From positions 930,001 to 994,000 of the forward strand of contig NC_043017.1 in assembly GCF_006345805.1 (NCBI RefSeq): a DNA stretch of 64,000 bases, written 5' to 3'. Positions within the stretch are counted from its first letter, which is position 1. Each line of letters opens with the position of its first letter. This DNA comes from Octopus sinensis. Its lineage: Eukaryota. The notes beneath the pieces are model-generated. The model was not told the DNA's origin. It saw only the letters and a list, made by a program, of their open reading frames with translations, and did no database searches. Shown piece after piece: positions 1 to 13,213 of this stretch. A program made the translations under genes and the position numbers.

Positions 1-809
1 TAGCGAACATGTTGATCAAATGACAGGTTTCACCAAATATCATTAGCATTTTGTCGATTAGAATCATTCACACTGAAGAATTCCTCTTGCGATACTTTCC
101 TGCGACTTTATCGTCAAACGTCTGTAGTATCGGAATTGTGAGCTCTTAATGCGGTGACCGAGTGCAGACAAAGAACAAGGTGAAGAGGATAATATCTATA
201 GATTCAGTTTGCAACGCTCTAGGTATTGATAGGGAAAGTGTAATACCGGTTGCTTATGATAGGACCCTATAGACAATGTGTATGCAAGGACTCTACTACC
301 AAGATCACACCGGGAATAGGGGAAGAAGATGGATGGACGGTTTAAACATATTGAATATATTTCTCCGATTTCCATTTCCTGTGAAGGAAATTATCGACGG
401 GGTTGAGCAAGGGTAGTAACCATTACATCTAATTCTTCAAACATAAGACATTGTCGCTCCGGAATCTCTTCTCAACTTACATTTTCGTCTGAAGACGTCG
501 ACTCAATTTGAATGTATGTATTACCGCCATCATTCTCACCAATCTCAGAAGACCTGTAACGGTTATGGGGTTTACCTCTTCCCCTGGACTCGACTCGCAC
601 ATGTTTATTCAATCAAATGTTTATTCAATCAAATCGATACAGGTTCTGACTTTTGAAGCTTTGTTGTTATCAAATCGTTTTGTTTTACCGAGGTTAAGCT
701 ACGACGGCACGACTACGTATAAACAAAATAACGCCAATTGTCAAGCGAAAGTGGGGACAAATAAACAAACACACGCATTCTCTCTCTCTCTCTCTCCCAC
801 ACACACACA

Positions 810-886
<77 letters not shown>

Positions 887-1157
887 CTGCGGCCTTTTCC
901 ATCTTCCAAATCCGCCTACAAGGATTTACTTGGTCCGGGATTATTGTCGGAGACATTTTCCCGAGACCCCCAAGACAAACGCCATTGAGTAGAATGACAA
1001 ATCTGCGCCATTCTATTTTATATTGGAAGAAGTAAAGAATAGCGTCGTTGGTAGCAATTGACAGGTTTATACTGGTTTATATGTTCAGTGTATTTCTGAA
1101 GTAGAAAGTGAGAGTATTCAAGGGTAGTCAGTAACATGACGCATAAGAAATGTTGTG

Positions 1158-2135
1158 AAAGAATTTGTGATTGGCTCAGTGCACCATTCTTTGATCAGGC
1201 AATGTTTGTCTAGAACTACGCAATGCATTTTTGGCAAGTTTACCGTTTTTGATCAGAGAGTGCATGCGTACGATTCGCAATGAATTTGTGGTTATCTCAG
1301 CATTTCTGATCAAACGATGAGTGTCTAGGACTACGCAAAGAATTTGTGATACACTTACCATATTTCTTCAAGAGTGTGTGCATTTATGTTTCGGTAAAAA
1401 TTCGTGTTGTTTTTATTTTTCATCGGATAATGGGGTGTAGGAGGGAAAGGATCTGTGATAAACATTTTTAATTAGAAACTGTATACATTTCGGACGATGC
1501 TAAGAAGTTGTGATAAGCTTAACATACCTGATTTGACAATGAGATTCTAGAACTATACAAATAATTGTGATAAGGCGTAGGAGTGGCTGAGTGGTAAGTA
1601 GCTTGCTTACCAACCACATGGTTCCGGGTTCAGTTCCACTGCGTGGCACCTTGAGCAAGTGACTTCTACTATAGCCTCGGACCAACCAAAGCCTTGTGAG
1701 TGGATTTGGTAGATGGAAACTGAAAGAAGCCAGTCGTATATATGTTTATATATGTATGACTTTGTATATGTTTGCGTGCCTGTGTTTGTCACACCAACAT
1801 CGCTGGTGTGTTTACGTCACCGTAACTTAGCGGTTCGGCAAAAGAATCCGATTGAATAAGTACTAGGCTTCCAAAGAATAAGTCCTGGGGTCGATTTGCT
1901 CCACTAGAGGCGGTGCTCCAGCATGACCGCAGTAAAATAACTGAAGCAAATAAAAGAGTAAAAGAGTATAAGCTTTACATTTTTGAACATAAAATATGTG
2001 GCTGAGCCTACGCCTTTATAGTTTGAGTTACGCTTAGTAGTTTTGAGTAGACAGTGTGTGCGTCTCGGGGTAATGAAAGTATTTGTGATTAGCTTAGCAT
2101 TTTTGATTAGACAACGTATGTACCTAGGACTACGC
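1158..2135. repeat. Old degenerate ~57-64-bp tandem repeat interrupted by a SINE
   Basis: Recurrent motifs aaagaatttgtgat / tttgatcag / ctag(a/g)actacgc at ~1158, 1222, 1279, 1337, 1501, 1559, 2076. Confidence 0.6.
1573..1970 (+). mobile_element. tRNA-derived SINE, family A (CORE-like; probably a described Octopus OR/OK family)
   Basis: A box gtggctgagtgg, B box ggttcagttcc, core gtggcaccttgagcaagtg, (taaaagag) tail and an ATAAG TSD. Other copies or fragments at ~880-1015, 12905-13065, 16110-16570, 23000-23385, 24225-24310, 28010-28190, 31505-31625, 36780-37010, 38590-39290, 46520-46650, 54020-54350. Confidence 0.9.
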
Positions 2136-2303
2136 TCTCTCGAGACGCTTACGGTGTGATAAGAAAGTGTACATGGTTACTAAACACCTGCTCTCAAATG
2201 GAAAATAGTTAAGAAAAGCAATTAGGTAGGAATGTATGATAATATCTCTACGGAAACAAAATTTTTCACTCACATATACAAGCGTACACAAATAAACTCG
2301 CAG

Positions 2304-2342
<39 letters not shown>

Positions 2343-2461
2343 TATATATATACATGTGTATATATATATATTATATATATATATATATATTATATATTTA
2401 CATGTGATATATATATAATATATCTATATATATATATATAGATTAAAAATCATATATACAA

Positions 2462-2492
<31 letters not shown>

Positions 2493-2514
2493 TATAATAT
2501 ATGTGTGGTGTTTG

Positions 2515-2550
<36 letters not shown>

Positions 2551-2825
2551 GTCTGTGGGAGAGAATATAAAGAACTTATATAAAGAATCTTGCAAACCAA
2601 ATCCCCAAAGATCTATACATATATATATATATATATATCTATATATATATATATATAATTATATGTAAGTAAGTATATAGATATGAGTAATATATATGTA
2701 TGTAGATATACTTGTGTATGTGTATGCGTTTGTGTATACGTTTGGTAAATATTTCCTGATTAAAGAAAAAATACGAGCAAACCGAAAAGCCGCTGTTGAC
2801 AGATACATCAGGGTACGAAAGATTT

Positions 2826-2866
2826 CAATCTATCTATCTATCGATCTATCTATCCATCTATCTATA

Positions 2867-2940
<74 letters not shown>

Positions 2941-2941
2941 C

Positions 2942-2975
<34 letters not shown>

Positions 2976-3012
2976 TGATCTATCTATGTATGTATGTTTG
3001 TATCTATGTATG

Positions 3013-3097
<85 letters not shown>
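2826..3097. repeat. (TCTA)n microsatellite
   Basis: Direct reading. Similar arrays at ~14998-15235, 20842-21130, 51930-51982 and 59760-59885. Confidence 0.97.
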
Positions 3098-3134
3098 GTC
3101 TCTTTCGCTTCTTGTGGAAAGGATGCGTGGTGAT

Positions 3135-3275
3135 GCGTCCGAATTTATCCAGCAAGTTCAACTCTCTATGCGGTCAACGCAAAAGATCTCCATGTCTCAG
3201 AAGGAACAGTCAGAAATGTTGTCCAGCATGGCATCAGATATGATGTGGAAAGGTAAATTGGTCAGAAAAGCCAAA
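3135..3275 (+). pseudogene. Short maT/DD37D transposase HTH-region fragment
   Basis: Frameshifted SEFIQQVQ...MRS-AKDLHVSEGTVRNVVQHGIRY, resembling the N-terminal part of the family at 5235-6075. Confidence 0.55.
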
Positions 3276-3356
3276 TAAAGTCACAACATCAGAGCTAAAA
3301 GATGGGCTATAGCAAATATTCTGCCCAATACCACAGATATCCTTGTCATTTGTTTG

Positions 3357-3762
3357 ACCTTAACCAGTTGAGCATGTCCCTTAATGGCTGATGATATGTG
3401 CATCTCTGATCACAAGCAGAAGTAGTGGGAGAGCATCATAGCCATGTGTTGAAAGCAAATCTTGGAGGTTTGGATAATTCACCTTTGGAAACATGGGTGG
3501 TTCGTTCAACATCCTTAAACAACCCTTATTCAGGGACCTTTTTGAGCGGGATGGGCTACTCAACCAGAAGAAAATTCTAACTGGGCGCCACCTGCAAGGT
3601 CATGCACTGTTCATCTTGATATGAGATCACCATGTCGCGCACATATGGTTGTGATGCAAGTGCCTGGTGTACCCTTATCAGCCGGGTAGTCATGATGGGT
3701 ATACTGGGCTTCGTATATTTTACCCCATTGCCACTTTGATGTCATGTACTGCTCTCTCACTC
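3357..3762 (+). repeat. Unclassified ~400-bp retroposon 3' end, copy 1
   Basis: Aligns with 43495-43892 (accttaacca.ctgagcatgtccctta...cactttgatg...ctctca) and is followed by an (AAT)n tail. Confidence 0.75.
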
Positions 3763-3769
3763 AATAATG

Positions 3770-3820
<51 letters not shown>

Positions 3821-3962
3821 GTAATAATAATAATAATGATAATAGTAATAATGATGATGATGTTGATAATAATAAAGATAATAATAATAACGGAGCACTG
3901 TGTAATTGTTTATATTTGTAAAATTCTGGTTATTTCAAGCATTTGTTATAGCTGCTGGCTAT

Positions 3963-4049
<87 letters not shown>

Positions 4050-4105
4050 AAATATATATATGTATGTATGTATATATATGTATGTATGTATGTAGATATG
4101 TATAT

Positions 4106-4137
<32 letters not shown>

Positions 4138-4229
4138 TATACGGGTATATATGTAAGCATATGTATATGTATGTGTATTGTTAAATATATAATGTGAGTG
4201 TGTGTATTTGTATATATGTATGTCTGTAC

Positions 4230-4261
<32 letters not shown>

Positions 4262-4955
4262 ATGTATATATATCGTTTCACTACAAAATCGTTCGTGAGG
4301 GAATGCATGTGGAGGAGAGTTGTTTTTTCGTGAACGAGATTAACTCCATTTTCCCACATCAAAAACTCTCTCTGGTCGTGGCCATGGCGACAGTCATTGA
4401 AAGTAATGAGAAAACATCAGATGAAAGGCGCTCGCGCGATGTGTGAGACGGATGAAAAACGAACGAATGCGAATATCTTTATAATCTTTGTCTTGAAACT
4501 TGCCGACTGTAATTGCACAACACCGTTGCAATGGTCTCTCTCTTCTTCTCTCTCATTCTATCATTGTTAACATCCTCATCGCCTTCGTCGACGTTGTTGT
4601 CATCGTCACTGTCATCATTCTTGTTCTTGTTCTTCTTCTTTTTATCATCTTCTTCTTCTTCTTCTTCTTCTTCTTCTTCTTCTTCTTCTTCTTCTTCTTC
4701 TTCTTCTTCTTCTCTTCTTCTTCTTCTTCTTCTTTTCTTCTTCTTCCTCTTCTTCTAATTTGCTCGCACATTGCTACTACTAGTACTACTACTACTCTAC
4801 TACTACTACTATACTACTACTACTACTACTACTACTAGTACTTTTCTAGTTTTCCTATTTGTGCCTTGTTCTCGTTATCGCTAATTTTTTCTCTACGTGT
4901 GTACGTGTGTATTTGTGCACTCTCTCTCCCTCTTCCTCTCTCTCTCTCCCTCTTC

Positions 4956-4998
<43 letters not shown>

Positions 4999-5093
4999 AT
5001 ATATATATATATGTGTGTGTATATATATATATATATATAGATATATTATTTTATCTAGTTTCAGCCCACGAGCTGTGGCCATGCTGGGGCACC

Positions 5094-5134
<41 letters not shown>

Positions 5135-5234
5135 TGTGCGAGGAATAAATTATTGTCTAAATTACGCAAAAATTAGAATGACACTGACATCTCCTTTTAA
5201 CACATGTTTAATAAAACTACTTAAAAATATTAAA

Positions 5235-6075
5235 AGTATCTGGAAAGACCATGGACTCCAGACGTCTTTGGGATCTTTTGCAGCTCTTCTTGATGGTCTC
5301 CTCGTTTAAGTTGGTGAATGCTGCCATAATCCTTGCCTTCTGTTCACATTTGGTGTTACAAGGAGTTTTTTTAGTCTTTCGCTCAACTACGCTCCACCCA
5401 CAATTACCAAGGGTTTGCAGTCTAGGGAGTTAGATGGCCGGATGTTAGAGCTGGTGTGGTTGTAGAAATGTTTTGACAGCCATCACTGAGTTCTCCTGCT
5501 TGGGTGGCATGGTGAAGAGTTATATTGCCGGGCATAGGGTCTTCTAGTAGCCACCCTCTTGACCCAGGGCAGCAATATCTCCTCCAGGCAAGTGATGTAG
5601 ACCTCCATGTTGAGTCTGAGGCCTTGTGGGAAGAAGAATGGAGGCATAACGCCGCCATGACTTGTGATTACTCTAAACAGGATGCTGAATGGATATTTGA
5701 TTTTTGTCATTCTCGGTACACGTTTTGGGGACACGGCAGGGCAACGGTTGTTTTATGGGTGCACCCTCTAATACTGGCAGAAATTTTTCTCGTCCGAGGA
5801 AAAAATCAAATCATATACAGTTGAGAGACATGCTTGAGTTGGTTCAAAATCCTGATAGTGCGGTCTTCCCTCTTGTCCTTGCATGCTTGGGATAAAATGT
5901 AGCCCCTTCTCATCTTGTATGAGGAATACCCTATGCCTCCATGCACTACCTGCCTGTTAAGAAACTCAGGCACTTCCATGCTCCTGGCGACGGAACTGAT
6001 TGACTTAGAGGTATCGATGTCAATGACGGCCTGGATCTCCTCAACAAATCTCTCTTTGTCCCCCTCTTATATACA
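5235..6075 (-). pseudogene. maT/DD37D-type Tc1/mariner transposase relic
   Basis: Minus-strand peptides FFSDEKNF, ITSHGGVMPPFFFPQGLRLNMEVYITCLEEILLPWVKRVATRRPY, SPCHPSRRTQ, and a downstream NSLDCKPL / IMAAFTNLN C-terminus. Multiple stops and frameshifts; no TIRs found. Confidence 0.8.
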
Positions 6076-6679
6076 TATATGCTTGAATCGAATAGTGAGA
6101 ATCAGTGCTCAACTGTGTAGTCGTTGGCTTAACAGCTAATAGCTAGGTTCTTCATAATTCTCGCGTGATCCACTTAGAAATATTGGCAACTGTTCCCATT
6201 TTTAACTTATAAGGTCTTTTAATTGTTACTTCCACTGCATCGGCCTTGGATTTTTTTTCTGAATATCCATTCAACTGAGCTGAATTAATTTCTTAATTAT
6301 TGTATGCGAGAACGTTTGTGTTCACTCTTATTTATAAATATATTTATCTAGATCATGCATTTTGTTCATGTTTACTATCGTGCCTGCAATACCTTAATCA
6401 CTAAAACACACGCCGTCAGCATTGTTTCGGGGTTCATAAATTAAAGTACCAGTCGGGTGCTGAGAGTTAATGTATATCAACTTACTCCTCGTACAATATA
6501 TTACTGGTTTTATATTTGAAGTATTATAATAGAAGATATTTGAATATACAAATTGAAACATCACAGAATCGACCTTGGAATTTCCTGATATCAGCGCAAT
6601 GCACTCCATTCAGCCGTTGTTAGCGCCATTAAAAATAGCTTAACTTGTTCGATGGCTTTCTTGTTGCTGGACATATCCG

Positions 6680-7735
6680 TGCGAGAGTGTGTGTGTGTAA
6701 TATTGTATTTGTGAGCGAGTGGGATGTGCCAGAATGTATATATGTGAGCCTGTGTACGTATGTGTGCATGTGTGTTAATGTATACGTATGTGAATGTATG
6801 CGTGTATGTGTGCATGTGTATGTATAGGTTTTATGTTAGTTTTCGTGTACGAAAGTCAGATGTGTGCTTCTCCGGTTTCGCATGTGTTTGTGCGTATGTA
6901 TGTATATGTGCGTACATGCGTCTGTGTGCGTGTGTGTGCGTGTGTGCCCGCGCGATTGTGTGTATGAGATCGCACGTGCGCCGTAATCTACGTTTTTACG
7001 CCTGTGCGTGAGGGTGAGCAAGATTATGTGCCACATGTGTATGTATGTGTGTGTATGTGTGTGATAGTGTATATGGATTGTATGAGAGTGTAAGTGCATG
7101 TGGACTGTGTGTGTGTGTCTATGTGTGTATGATTTTCATACGTTGAACTCAGCTGTATATCTGTGTATGTAGCCTTGTGTGCACGAATGTCTGCTATTGT
7201 ACGTGTCTCTCCGTTTCCATGCGTGTGAGCGTGTGTGCTTGTGTATGAGCTATTTTATATGTGTATATGTGTATGTCTTTCCATATGTCGGTGTGCGTGC
7301 GTGCCTGTATGTCTGTGCGCATGTGTGCGTTTACCTATGTGTTAGTAAGTTTTAGTCACATGTGTGAGTGTGTGCGCCTAGTGCTGTGTGTGCACGTGCG
7401 TACGAACGTGTGAACGAATTCTATTGAGGTATGTACAAGTGGCTCTGTGTGCATGTGTGTGTATGTGTGTGTGTGCGTGTGTGTGTGTGTGAGTATGTGT
7501 GTGAGAGAGAGAGAGAGAAGAGAGAGAGAGACAGAGAGAGAGGCAATGTACGAATATGCAGCTTTGCCAGCATGTCTGTATATGTGTGCCAATGTATATC
7601 AGAGTGCGTTTGCGAAATTCGGATGTGTTTCTCTGTATGTATATATCTGTGAGCGTCCATGCGTGCGTACGTGCGTCTATAAGTGTGTGCCTCTGTATGC
7701 GTATGTGTGTGTGTGTGTGTGTGCACAACATTGTC
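6680..7735. repeat. Degenerate (GT)n/(GA)n low-complexity region
   Basis: Direct reading. Confidence 0.9.
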
Positions 7736-9254
7736 CAGACAAGAGAGAATCAATTACATAAGCGCGCTGCTGTAGTCACATCTCTACAAGCGTTGCTCAT
7801 TGATTTGCATAACAACTTAACACGGCAACCAGCTTCCTTTAATATCGATCACACGTTTCTATTGTTCTTTTCCTTCATATTCCTGTTGCTGATGTTGCTG
7901 TTATTTAGCTCCAGGTCAACCTTGATCGAGCAGAACTATGATCAAACGCGTTCCAGCCATGACCATTTTCAAGATAGGGAAAACAGCAACGCGGAAACAG
8001 CAATGTCGGCTATTTTCACACAAACCTGACCTTTTATCAGTGATATCGGATTAACCGCTTAATAACACATTCTCAATAGAAATAGCAATATAGATCTGTA
8101 TCGGCCTAATCAATTCAATTGAGCGTCTATTTTAGTGGTATATTAACTAATGCATAGTTAGTCATGGTGGAGGTGCATGGCCCAGTGTTTAAGATGCAGC
8201 ATTCACTATAACGAGTTCTCGGTCTCGGTTCTCGGAACGAGCGACGCGCTGTGTTCTCGAGGAAAATATTTACTTTTCACATTGCTCTGCGCTTAATTCG
8301 ACATCTGAAGTCTGGAACACTGCACCTGGACAGATTATGACGGTTTGATAGAAGGAATAAGAAAGAGTATTGAACAACAGAAACAGTTAATCACCATAAA
8401 CAAATCATCTGTGCAGGGTTTTCAGAAAGAAATTAGAAGAGTCCGCCAGTTAGTCATTCCCCTTTCGGAAATGGCAGAAAGTTATTTGATTGAATGAGAA
8501 AGGAGGAAAGAGAAATTTGACTGCTATTTCAAGCATGCTGTGTTGCTGCTTAAATGACCAGTTCGGCGCTACTTCGTTTGTATATGCGAAAGACAACGCT
8601 TCTTTGTGTGCTGCTGCTAAAATGTCATCATAACGTGATGATCTTCCCCGAAAAATGTTCCAGCTATTGTTCATAGATAACAGAGAGCTGAGCAGTACAA
8701 CTATAATTAGTCTTCAATTTTCTCTTTTATATTTTATTGCTACCTGATGTATTTAATGCCGTTTTTAAAATTCCATTGCTGTCATTTCCAGACCGAACAC
8801 ACTTGAAGATAAACTCGGTGAAGCTCCAGCGAAGACTGTCATCAGGAAATCAATATACATGCAATAAACACATAAATATTACCTACGTAGAATATTATAC
8901 ATACACATATATGTGTATGTGTGCGTGTTTGTGTGTGTGTGTGTGTGTGCGATTGTAAATTAATATCCAGGTATGTGCGACGTTAGCAATATGAAATTAA
9001 ATTAGCAATCTGTGTAACATCTGTATTATATCATCTGGAATGCTAATACATGATGTGAAATGAAATCAACTGTGGTAATATCTCTTATGGAAGTATTGTG
9101 TTTAATATCACAAATATATCAGCACCAGACGAAAATCCTCGTCAGCGACGATGGAATAGATGTATTTTTAAACGCAAGTTTTCGATAATACGTCTATATA
9201 CTAATCTCTTTTGGGACAGAATACCGTTTTGTTGATTCTCCCTTAACGGAACAG

Positions 9255-9303
<49 letters not shown>

Positions 9304-9370
9304 TTATGTATATATATATATATGTAAATTTTTGCTTTGGCATTTATTCGAAATACATTATATATATATG

Positions 9371-10629
9371 TGTTGGGCCATCCCATAAATAATGCGTTTT
9401 TTTATAATTCTTTATTTTCCAAAATGAAGATAAACAAAGTTTTTTTTTTCAATCTGAAATATACATTCCTTCGTTCTCTACAATACTCTGTCATCTATCT
9501 GGTAGACTTGCAAGGACCCTCTTCCAAAATTCACTTGTTCGTGATGGAAAACACTCCCCCTGTACTGTTCTGACCTCGTCTATAGAATTCATATTTTTTC
9601 CATCCAAATGATTTTGAAGAGTGTGGAATAAATGATAAGCAGATGTCCGGAAAATATGGTGGGTGGGGCATCGTTTCCCATTCAAACTGTTCCAGCCTTT
9701 GGAATATCAACCTCGTTGTATGTGGCGGGGTGGGGGGCATTATCTTGAGGGAAGAACACCTTTCATCTTGAAACCAAAGATGGTGGATTTTCTTCAAGCA
9801 CTGATTTTAGTCGCTGAAGCTGCTCGCAGTAGATCTGCTTTGTTATCGTTTCGTTTCATTTTAAAGTTCAAAGCGGACTAAACATTTGATATCCCACCAA
9901 AAAGATACCAATAGCTTACGTGGGTTAACATCTTCTTTAGCCTGGGATATCAGTGTCTCTCCTTTCCCTGGCGTTTGATATTTTTATGGAGAACCCATTT
10001 CTCGTCACCAGTCATTATTCAGTCCAAAAAAGGTTCATTCGTGCGAGGTGACAGCAAAGAAGAGCACACATCTACTCTTTCCATGCGACTAGACTCGGAA
10101 ACATTGGGAGGAACACATTGACCCAATTTACTGACCTCTCCGATGGCATGCAATTGTCGATGTATGTTTGAATGACCAAATCGGAGCTTTCCTGCTTGTC
10201 CCTCAACAGTTACTATGGGATTTTGTTCTTCCAAGATATGCAGGACGTCCTCGTCGATTTCTATATATCTTCCAGGACGGGGCTTGTTTTCTAGGCTGTG
10301 GTTTTCGGTTCTGAATTCCTGGAACCACTTTTGGCATTGGCTTACGCTTGCTGTCCGGTCCCCATACACTCATTAATATTCCTCGCACTTTCCGTTGCGT
10401 TGTTATTTTATTGAACTCATAAAGCAAAATATGTCGAATATGCTCCTTTGTCACTTCTATTATAGCTTTAAAAAGATAACTTTTAAAATCGAAGTGCACT
10501 CTTCAAAACTTGCACTATGAATAAGACCATATAAAATTTCTACTTGATGCAGGTAGTTTATTCCGCCCCCTTCCGACTCTTAATTCATGCAATTGAGAAA
10601 AACCGCATTGTGTATGGGATGACCCAACA
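9371..10629 (-). mobile_element. Degenerate full-length mariner (Tc1/mariner) transposon
   Basis: Imperfect ~30-bp TIRs (tgttgggccatcccataaataatgcg / cgcattgtgtatgggatgacccaaca), TA on the right and TG on the left, length ~1.26 kb. Frameshifted transposase: KEHIRHILLYEFNK, QCVP (WVPH-like), TGDEKW, HPPYFPD (YSPDL-like). Confidence 0.9.
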
Positions 10630-11648
10630 TATGGAAGTCCGACCTGCTTAGATCCACTGAAATATTGGATTTTGAGTATCTGGTATTGATTATACTCTTA
10701 ACTATCCTGGATTTATTCTTTATGCGTGTGTACATATTACCCATATGTGCTCACACGCGCAGATGCACACATATACACACACACACGTGTGCACGGGCAT
10801 TTGCGTACATCACACGTACATTTCTTGCCATTTTTCGTGTGTTGTTGAAGAATTTACGTTTGTTTCTGATTGAATGGTTTCTTCTTTCGTGTAGTATTCA
10901 GTGACTAAATTTCAAATTTCTACAGGAAAAGCATTCTAATATCTTGGATATTAATTTTGCAGATTCTTCTCGGATCTTTCCCATGTCATTAAGTTCGTAT
11001 TTACTCTCTTTAGCACGCGACTAGCAACTCTCGCCTCTAAATACCTTCATAATGTAAGAAAGGCTTTATTGTTATTGTTGTTTTATTGCACTTCAGTACC
11101 TTCGATAAAATCACGGGTTGAGAGAATGGAAGTGCAAGATGTAAGGTAACGGTATTTGGGAATAGTGAAATATGGTGTACCTGACAGATTCAAGGGAAAC
11201 TTAAGGATGGACAAACGGATTGAACTTTTGGTTAGCTGTCACCAGTTAGCTACTTAAAAAAATATGAGGCCTTAATATTATTAATGCATGCATTATAGAC
11301 GAAATGTGGGTTATCTGAGATCCGGCATTTGTAGTAAGCTATTAAATCATTCATTTCAAATAGTCCGAATTATTCTATTTAGATACAGTAACTTCATGGT
11401 GTGGCTGTTTCGGTCAAACGGGCCAAAGAACGAATGTGTTAATATCATGATAACATCAATCAGTTTACAGAAGCATTATGTCCTAATGCATTTCGGATTG
11501 TTCCAGGGGTGGAAACGGTTGTGAAGTTGAAGTTCTCTATAAATATTGCTGCTGCTTTCTGTTACATTAATATCGCTAATTTATTTTGCACAGTTACAAA
11601 TACACACGGAAAAGAATAAAGCCAACAACGATATTCAAAGATAGTTTC

Positions 11649-11724
<76 letters not shown>

Positions 11725-11832
11725 GTTATATATACAACATTTCCGATTAATATCAGTAAAATAATCCCTGCAAAGGACGTTGATAACGATTGTTTTAATT
11801 GCACAACCAGTAATAATAACAATGCACTAGAG

Positions 11833-12141
11833 CAGTGATTCCCAAGGTGGGGCGTACGCCCCACTGGTGGGGCCTGAGAAAATTCAGGTGGGGCGCGGGG
11901 CATAGACGTGGGCTGTGAAAATATTTGTACATGACGAGCGGTCATCGCGGGCACAACCTTAGATTCAATTCTCAAACTATTTTTTTGTATTTTGAATGCA
12001 ATTTTTTAATTTTTGATTTTTTTTCAATTGTAAGTAGGCCCACGTGTACTTGTAAATGTGAGTGGACATGGGAAAAGGTGGGGCGTAAAACCTTTGGCTA
12101 TGAAAAAGTGGGGCGCCCGGAAAAAAGGTTGGGAAACACTG
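11833..12141. mobile_element. hAT (Charlie-type) MITE, 309 bp
   Basis: TIRs CAGTGATTCCCAA / TTGGGAAACACTG and a perfect 8-bp TSD CACTAGAG at 11825-11832 and 12142-12149, matching the NNCTAGNN-type hAT target. Confidence 0.9.
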
Positions 12142-13124
12142 CACTAGAGACTAGCGAAGTAATTTGTTTCTTTATTACCTACAAGTGGCTAAACACAGAG
12201 GGGACAAACAAAGGGATTAAGTGGATTGAATCGACCCCAGTGCATAACTGCTACTTATTTCATCGACCCCGAAAGGATGAAAGGTAAAGGCGACCACGGC
12301 GAAATTTGAACTCAGAACGTAACAACAGACGAAATTACTGCTAAGCATTTCACCCTGCGTGCTAACGTTTCTGCCAGCTAACTTTGCAAATAGAAGCAAA
12401 ATTTATAAAGAGACGCATTTACTTTAAATGACTGCTAATTGCTTGCTCTTTTGTAAACCTAACAAAAAATAAACGTTTCCCAAACAAAGATTCGCGAGAT
12501 CTTCATATAATCCATGCGGCCGCTGAATATATCGATTAAGCTGATACTGCACATTTTTTTTTACCTTTCCGTAAGTGTCATAATACCGATACATGTTAAT
12601 TAGAGGGCATATATCTTTAAAAAACTAGTGCATACAGAGTAAAGATTGCAATAGAAAACTTGATAATATTTTGCTTTTGCGATACTCAATGCAAAATATT
12701 ACATATGTATATGAATGAAATTATTTTTAAAGCAGAAATATTGTCATCGTATAAATTAGTTTAGATACATGTAAATGAAGAAATGTTCCTACCCTCTCCA
12801 TGTATGCAAGCAATCTGAAGGAGAGGATCATTAATAATTAACAAAACGAAAGGAGAAAAAATGCACCTTTATAAACCTACGATTAATAAGGTTCTCTGCC
12901 TGCCAGGCATAGATGCATAGTTAAATAGCTCACTTTTCAGCTCCGTAGTTTCAGGTTCAGTCCCACTGCGAGGCAACTTAGGCAAGTAATCTTGAATAGG
13001 TCCACGTCAAGCATTCTTCTGCGACGTAATTTGTCTGCTGGAAACTGTGTGAAGCTTGCGTAAATATATATATATACATACATACATATACATATACATA
13101 TATATATATATATATACATTACAT

Positions 13125-13212
<88 letters not shown>

Positions 13213-13213
<1 letters not shown>

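Noticed and set aside
1-600. Coding-looking unique sequence at the window start
   Set aside because: All frames examined are interrupted by stops and no motif was recognised.
601-632. 16-bp direct duplication ATGTTTATTCAATCAA x2
   Set aside because: A simple local tandem duplication with no element between the copies.
8782-8850. Second hammerhead candidate (minus: CTGATGA-CAG-TCTTCG-CTG...ACCGAG/TTCGGTC)
   Set aside because: GAGCTTC stands where the essential GAA must be, and stem I is out of register.
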